Of a stretch of DNA of 12,317 nt, positions 8,070-12,317 are shown piece after piece. Position numbers and translations under genes: made by a program. Positions within the stretch are counted from its first letter, which is position 1; the number at the start of each line of letters is the position of its first letter. Below the pieces are notes generated by a model. It was not told the DNA's origin, ran no database searches, and worked only from the letters and a program-made list of their open reading frames with translations. This DNA comes from an uncultured Clostridia bacterium (GTDB lineage: Bacteria > Bacillota > Clostridia > Christensenellales > Aristaeellaceae), in assembly GCA_937907055.1 (NCBI GenBank), contig CALCTW010000086.1:1-12317 (forward strand), given 5' to 3'.

Positions 8070-9002
8070 ATGGAAGGATTGTATATCCGCAATCACCACA
8101 CTGAAGCGGAGGAAAGCAACGAAAACGGGCTGTCATTGCTCGCAAAGCACGGCAATCTGGAAGTGATGAATCAACACATCTGCCAGGGCGCTGTTGTTTG
8201 GTTGACCCCGGGCAGCGATCCGGACGCTTTTGAGTGCTTCTTTGTGCATTCCGGCCGGCTGGAGATCCATGACGGCGATCAGATCGTTCCCCTGCAGCGC
8301 GGTGATTCTTTTTTCACGGAAAACCTGAAAAGTGATGTGCAGATCCGCTGCATTCAGGAAGCGGATGTGCTTTATATCTGCAATACCCCCAATTTTGATA
8401 ACGAGACCTACTGGCAGCAGCGTCTGCGCCAGCTGATCGACCGGATCGACAGCAAGGATCATTACACCAAGGGCCATTCGATGAGCGTGGCAAGGTACTC
8501 GCTGAAGCTGCGGGAGGCGCTGATCGAGCATTGCAGCCGGCTTTCCATGGAGGAATTCACCATCGCGGCGCTCTTCCATGATGTGGGCAAGTGCAATGTG
8601 CCGGATGCCATTCTGCAAAAGCCCGGCGCCCTGACCAAAGAGGAATATGAGGTGATCAAGCATCACCCGGCTGACAGTGAGCGCATTCTGGAGCCGATGT
8701 ACGGCAAGATCATTGCCTCGATCGCGTCCATGCATCACGAGCGCCTGGACGGCACCGGTTATCCGAACGGCCTGAAGGGGGAGGCGATCCCCTTTGAAGC
8801 CCGCATCATCATTGTGGCGGATGCCTTTGACGCGATGACGACGAACCGCGTGTACAGCAGGGCGCGTACGCTGGAAACAGCCGCCGCGGAGCTGCGCGGG
8901 CTGAAGGAACAGTATGACCCGATCGTGACCGAAACCCTGTACCGCCTTGTGAAGGAAGGCGCGTTTGAAGAACTGAGCAAGCAGGCGCAGCCGGGATTGT
9001 GA
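8070..9002 (+). CDS. cupin-domain / HD-GYP domain protein (putative c-di-GMP phosphodiesterase or related signalling hydrolase)
   Basis: The N-terminal ~110 aa look like a cupin beta-barrel (GAVVWLTPGSDPDAFECFFVHSGRLEIHDGDQIVPLQRGDSFF). The C-terminal part carries HD (AALFHDVGK) and HHERLDGTGYPNGL, the HD-GYP signature. GGGGGAG RBS, TGA stop. Confidence 0.88.
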   Translation: MEGLYIRNHHTEAEESNENGLSLLAKHGNLEVMNQHICQGAVVWLTPGSDPDAFECFFVHSGRLEIHDGDQIVPLQRGDSFFTENLKSDVQIRCIQEADVLYICNTPNFDNETYWQQRLRQLIDRIDSKDHYTKGHSMSVARYSLKLREALIEHCSRLSMEEFTIAALFHDVGKCNVPDAILQKPGALTKEEYEVIKHHPADSERILEPMYGKIIASIASMHHERLDGTGYPNGLKGEAIPFEARIIIVADAFDAMTTNRVYSRARTLETAAAELRGLKEQYDPIVTETLYRLVKEGAFEELSKQAQPGL

Positions 9003-9033
9003 AAGCGCGCCGGTGAAAACGGAAAAACAAGGG

Positions 9034-9058
9034 CCGCTCCGCGTGGGGCGGTCTTTTC
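9034..9058 (+). terminator. intrinsic terminator after the HD-GYP gene
   Basis: CCGCTCC-GCGT-GGGGCGG (7 bp with one G.U pair) followed by TCTTTTC. Confidence 0.6.
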
Positions 9059-9113
9059 GCGCGGATCTGAGCCCGAAAAAGCCGAAAAGGCGTGCCCTTT
9101 CACGGGATAGTTG

Positions 9114-9142
9114 TTGCCAAACAGGAACGCATCTGTTATAAT
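9114..9142 (+). promoter_or_regulatory. promoter with extended -10 (TTGCCA-17-TGtTATAAT) for the asp23 operon
   Basis: TTGCCA at 9114-9119, a 17 nt spacer ending in TGT, and TATAAT at 9137-9142. Confidence 0.7.
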
Positions 9143-9206
9143 TAGCGTGTACTGGTTTATGCTTTTTCAGTACATGTTGATTCTGATTTGTTAAGGAGGC
9201 GCTTAT

Positions 9207-9797
9207 ATGTCACCGAAGAAAGATAATCTGCCTGTCAACGCCGATGTTTCTCTGCAGAACGGCGGTACCATCACCTATGCGAATGAAGTTGTTGCCATTA
9301 TTGCCGGCGTGGCCGCCAATGAAGTAGAAGGCGTGACCGGTATGTGCTCCGCCGGCGGCCTCGGCGAGGTCGTCAGCAAGAACCGCAATGCCACCCGCGG
9401 TGTCAAGGTGGAGATCGGTACGGAAGAAGTGAGTGTGGATCTGTACTGCGTGCTGGATTACGGCAAGCCCATTCACAAGGTGGCCGGCGAGATCCAGGAG
9501 AACGTGCGCAAGGCGGTCGAGAGCATGACCGGTCTGCACGTGGTTCGCTGCGATGTGCATGTACAGGCCATCAGCTTTGATAAGGAAAAGAAGGCTTCCC
9601 AGAATATCGAAGCCGCTCCCGCGAAGCCTGTTCTGACCGCGGCCAAGCCCGCGCCCAAGGCGGAGCCCGCGAAGAAGGAAGCCCCCGCCGTGAAGGAAGA
9701 AGCTGTTGCCGCGCCTGTGCAGGAAGCTGCTGCCGAGGAAGAAGCCCCCGTTCCCGCGGAGGATCAGGTAATGCCTGAAGGCGAAGATCAGGAGTAA
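9207..9797 (+). CDS. asp23: Asp23/Gls24-family envelope stress (alkaline shock) protein with an Ala/Pro/Glu-rich C-terminal tail
   Basis: GTITYANEVVAIIAGVAANEVEGVTGM...RGVKVEIGTEEVSVDLYCVLDYGKPIHKVAGEIQENVRKAVESMTGLHVVRCDVHVQAISF is the Asp23 core fold signature. AAGGAGG RBS. Confidence 0.9.
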   Translation: MSPKKDNLPVNADVSLQNGGTITYANEVVAIIAGVAANEVEGVTGMCSAGGLGEVVSKNRNATRGVKVEIGTEEVSVDLYCVLDYGKPIHKVAGEIQENVRKAVESMTGLHVVRCDVHVQAISFDKEKKASQNIEAAPAKPVLTAAKPAPKAEPAKKEAPAVKEEAVAAPVQEAAAEEEAPVPAEDQVMPEGEDQE

Positions 9798-9871
9798 TTT
9801 TTCATTTCTTTACCCCCGCGCGGCTTTACCGCGCCTGCTTTTGACCGGGTTTCCCGGAAAGGAGAATATCA

Positions 9872-10762
9872 ATGAAGATCAAACTGTTTGACAGGATCAT
9901 CATGGCCCTGATCAGCGTTGTGCTGACCGCCGCTGGCATGATCATGTTCCTTGTTCCTTTTATGTATGACGAAGCCAATACCGCGCCGATGAAGTATATC
10001 CTGATGGCGGGCGGTGTGCTGGTGTTCCTCTCCGGCGCTGCCGTGTGGATGCTGGTCTGCAAGTATTATGAGCATAAGAAGGATTACATCATTCAGCAGA
10101 ACGAATGCGGCCCCATGCGTATTTCCGTGAAGGCTGTGGAGGATCTGGTGCAGAAGTGCGTGGATACCCACGAAGAAGTGAAGGAAGACAAGATCCGCAT
10201 CGTGAACGGCCGTGACGGCGTGCGCGTGGATCTGGCTGTTTCCCTGCCCAATAACATTTCCATTCCTCTGGCGGTGGATACCCTGCAGAAGCATGTGAAG
10301 AATTATCTCAAGGCTTCTTCCGGTATCGAAGTGACGGGCGTCCGCATTTCCGTCAACACCACCAAGGGTGAGATCGCGACCGAAGGCGCGCTGGATGTTC
10401 ATTCTCAGGAAGCGGCCGAGTCTGTCGCGCCCGCGCCGAAGCAGGAACCGAATCGCAGGACTGTAAAGACGATCAAGAAGCCCGCGCATCAGCTGATCTT
10501 CGGTCGCTCCAAGCAGGAGATCGAAGAAGATACCCGCGAGGGTGTCGAGGCTGTGGAGGAGGCTGCCGCGGAAGCGGAGGAAGCTGCCGAAACCATGGCG
10601 GAAGAAGCGCAGGAAGCTGCCGCGGAGACGGCGCAGACCGCGGAAGAGACCGCGGAACAGGTGATCACCGAAACCGAAGCGGCTGCCGAAGAAGCGCAGG
10701 ATGTGCCGGCCGCCGAAGAGGATGAAACCGAAGCGGAAGATAAAGTGATCGGAGAAAACTGA
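9872..10762 (+). CDS. amaP: alkaline shock response membrane anchor protein AmaP-like (2 TM + Asp23-like domain) with a long acidic tail
   Basis: It has two N-terminal TM helices (IIMALISVVLTAAGMIMFLV; ILMAGGVLVFLSGAAVWMLV). These are followed by ISVKAVEDLVQKCVDTHEEVKEDKIRIVNGRDGVRVDLAVSLPNNISIPLAVDTLQKHVKNYLKASSGIEVTGVRISV. Its position between asp23 and the DUF2273 gene is the conserved operon context. Confidence 0.75.
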   Translation: MKIKLFDRIIMALISVVLTAAGMIMFLVPFMYDEANTAPMKYILMAGGVLVFLSGAAVWMLVCKYYEHKKDYIIQQNECGPMRISVKAVEDLVQKCVDTHEEVKEDKIRIVNGRDGVRVDLAVSLPNNISIPLAVDTLQKHVKNYLKASSGIEVTGVRISVNTTKGEIATEGALDVHSQEAAESVAPAPKQEPNRRTVKTIKKPAHQLIFGRSKQEIEEDTREGVEAVEEAAAEAEEAAETMAEEAQEAAAETAQTAEETAEQVITETEAAAEEAQDVPAAEEDETEAEDKVIGEN

Positions 10763-10763
10763 G

Positions 10764-11159
10764 ATGGAAGAGAAGAATAACGGCTTCAGCACGTTCGTAA
10801 AGAACATGTTCAAGATCGGTACACCGGAATGTGCCCTTTTCTGCGGTGTCGTGGCGCTGGTCATCGCCGTGCTGCTGATCACCATCGGCTTCTGGAAGAC
10901 CCTGCTGGTCGTGGCTGTTGTGGCCGCGGGCATGCTGGTGGGCGGTATTGCCAATAAGGGCGAAAAGGTCCGTTCTCTGGTGGATAAGGTGGTTCCCAAG
11001 AAGGAGACCACGACCTATACGGCCGAAGATCTGCGCAAGTATACGCAGCTGCGTGCCCAGGAGGAAGGCGCGGCTGAAAAGCCTGCCGAAGAGGAAACCC
11101 CGGAAGAGACCGCGGAGGAAACTGCTCCCGCGGCGGAAGAAGAAAACATCAACGAATAA
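10764..11159 (+). CDS. DUF2273-type small integral membrane protein with an acidic tail
   Basis: CALFCGVVALVIAVLLITIGFWKTLLVVAVVAAGMLVGG fits the two-TM hairpin and GF.KTLL motif typical of DUF2273. The start is 1 nt after the amaP TGA, suggesting translational coupling. Confidence 0.75.
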   Translation: MEEKNNGFSTFVKNMFKIGTPECALFCGVVALVIAVLLITIGFWKTLLVVAVVAAGMLVGGIANKGEKVRSLVDKVVPKKETTTYTAEDLRKYTQLRAQEEGAAEKPAEEETPEETAEETAPAAEEENINE

Positions 11160-11180
11160 CACACAAAGTGAGGGAAACAC

Positions 11181-11438
11181 ATGGGCCGCAGACAGGCACG
11201 CGCTGCCGCGATGCAGATGGTATATGAGAATATGCTGGGCGGAGACGGCGGAGATGAAACTTTGCTGGATCTGATCGCCTTTCAGCCGGATGAAGGAGAC
11301 CGCGAATATATCGATACGATCCTCACCGGCGTGAAAGAACACGAGGAAGAACTGGATGAGAAGATCACCGCTCTTCTGAAGGACTGGACGATCGACCGTA
11401 TCGCGAGAGTGGATCTGGCGGTGCTGCGGGTGGCCGCG
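11181..11438 (+). CDS. nusB: transcription antitermination factor NusB, N-terminal 86 codons only (similarity ends at about 11438)
   Basis: MGRRQARAAAMQMVYENMLGG...EYIDTILTGVKEHEEELDEKITALLKDWTIDRIARVDLAVLRVAA matches NusB up to the conserved RIA.VD.AILR.AA block. The expected YE..Y..DIP continuation is missing. GAGGG RBS. It is not in the ORF track because the frame stays open to the window end. Confidence 0.8.
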
Positions 11439-12317
11439 TCGGGTGGGGCCGTTGAACCGATTTTCCTGATGCAGTTCTGGGCCGGATTGTACAAAGGAAA
11501 AGCGCACTTCTTCGCCGGGGAGTATGCGTGTGCCAGCCGCTGGCTGGCGGAAGCCGGCGCCCTGATTGAGCTGATCCCCGGTCATATTCATATGCTCGAT
11601 TTTCACCTCTACAGCGCCTTAGCCCTGTCTGTGCCGCTGTCGCCGGAGACGGTGACGGACGAGGCGCTGGCGACGTTTCAGCGCCATCTCGACAAAATCA
11701 CCACCTGGTGCGCCGAGAACACCAAAACCTTTTCCGACAAAGCGGCGCTGTTGCAGGCCGAGCGGTTACGGCTCAAGGGCGACGCGATCGGCGCGGCTGA
11801 AAAATACGAAACCGCGCTGGCGCTGGCGCGCGACGGGCAATTTCACCCTATCCAGGCGCTGGCCTGTGAGCTGGCTGCCCGTCTCGCCACCACCACCGGC
11901 ATGCGCTTCGCCGCGGAAGCCTATATCAAAGGCGCTATAAACGCCTGGGAACGCTGGGGGGCCGGTGCGAAGGTGCGCCAGCTGGAGAGCCGTTATCCGC
12001 AACTCACCACCCAGGGCAGCCAGACGGCGCTGGATACCCGCGCTTTCGAGCAGAATGCGGTGCTCAGTGATGTGCAGGGGATGGCAAACGCCATTCGCGC
12101 TCTGACGGAAGAGATCAACCTGAACCGCCTGATCAATACGCTGATGATGATGCTGGTGGAGCGGGCAGGGGCGCAGCACTGTCTGCTGATCCGCCTGATC
12201 GACGGCAATATTCCTGAGATCCAGGCGCGGGCGACCACCACCGCCGACGGCATCAAAGTCAGCATCGTCAAAGAAACGCCGCTGGCGACAGATTTGCCAC
12301 TCTCGGTGCTGGCGGCG
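11439..12317 (+). CDS. internal fragment of a large Ser/Thr-kinase / AAA ATPase / GAF / histidine-kinase type sensor protein (helical-repeat linker and start of GAF); both ends incomplete
   Basis: The frame contiguous with nusB and open to 12317 reads: ...FWAGLYKGKAHFFAGEYACASRWLAEAGALIELIPGHIHMLDFHLYSALAL...FSDKAALLQAERLRLKGDAIGAAEKYETALALARDGQFHPIQALACELAARLATTTGMRFAAEAYIKGAINAWERWGAGAKVRQLESRYPQL...LNRLINTLMMMLVERAGAQHCLLIRL. From memory, this matches the conserved region between the AAA and GAF domains of these multidomain sensors. Confidence 0.6.

Noticed and set aside
8133-9103. Minus-strand ORFs 8133-8738, 8462-8659, 8759-9103 and 8809-9030.
   Set aside because: They are antisense to the HD-GYP gene and its terminator region. 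They have no motifs or start signals.
9869-11606. Long minus-strand ORFs (9869-11011, 380 aa; 10665-11606, 313 aa) opposite the asp23 operon and nusB.
   Set aside because: They are shadow ORFs antisense to well-supported genes. They are Arg/Phe/Leu/Gly-rich low-complexity translations of the antisense of GAA/GCC-rich acidic tails, and they have no start context.
11766-12271. Minus-strand ORFs 11766-12179 and 11993-12271.
   Set aside because: They are antisense to the open plus-strand frame, which has a recognisable sensor-kinase linker and GAF sequence. Their composition is typical of GC-rich shadow frames.

Overview
The window reads as a moderately GC-rich Firmicutes (Clostridia-like) chromosomal segment, mostly housekeeping and envelope genes; the taxon is an inference from gene content and riboswitch types. 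Left to right: guaB 5' part (-), metK (-) behind a SAM-I riboswitch with a consensus promoter, then a (+) tandem cluster of three DUF6273-type surface-protein genes. These are one intact zinc-ribbon/TM/DUF6273 gene, one decaying paralog with in-frame stops, and one signal-peptide DUF6273-like::CapA fusion. Next come a preQ1-I riboswitch with queT, a visibly AT-rich ~450 bp regulatory spacer, a small secreted protein, a cupin-HD-GYP protein, and the conserved asp23-amaP-DUF2273-nusB operon. At about 11438/11439 nusB stops looking like nusB. The same open frame continues into an internal fragment of a proteobacterial-style Ser/Thr-kinase/AAA/GAF/histidine-kinase sensor gene, with a change in codon usage; this is a chimeric junction, either an assembly or splice artefact or a real insertion. 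I saw no tRNA, rRNA, CRISPR array, transposase, integrase or recognisable defence system. I cannot support a convincingly novel multi-gene system. The items most worth a second look are the DUF6273 cluster (including the CapA fusion and the CAG->TAG paralog), the nusB junction and the motif-rich AT-rich spacer. The long antisense ORFs in the track are codon-aligned shadow ORFs. Two real CDSs that run off the window ends (guaB, and nusB plus the fragment) are missing from the track and were found by reading the sequence.
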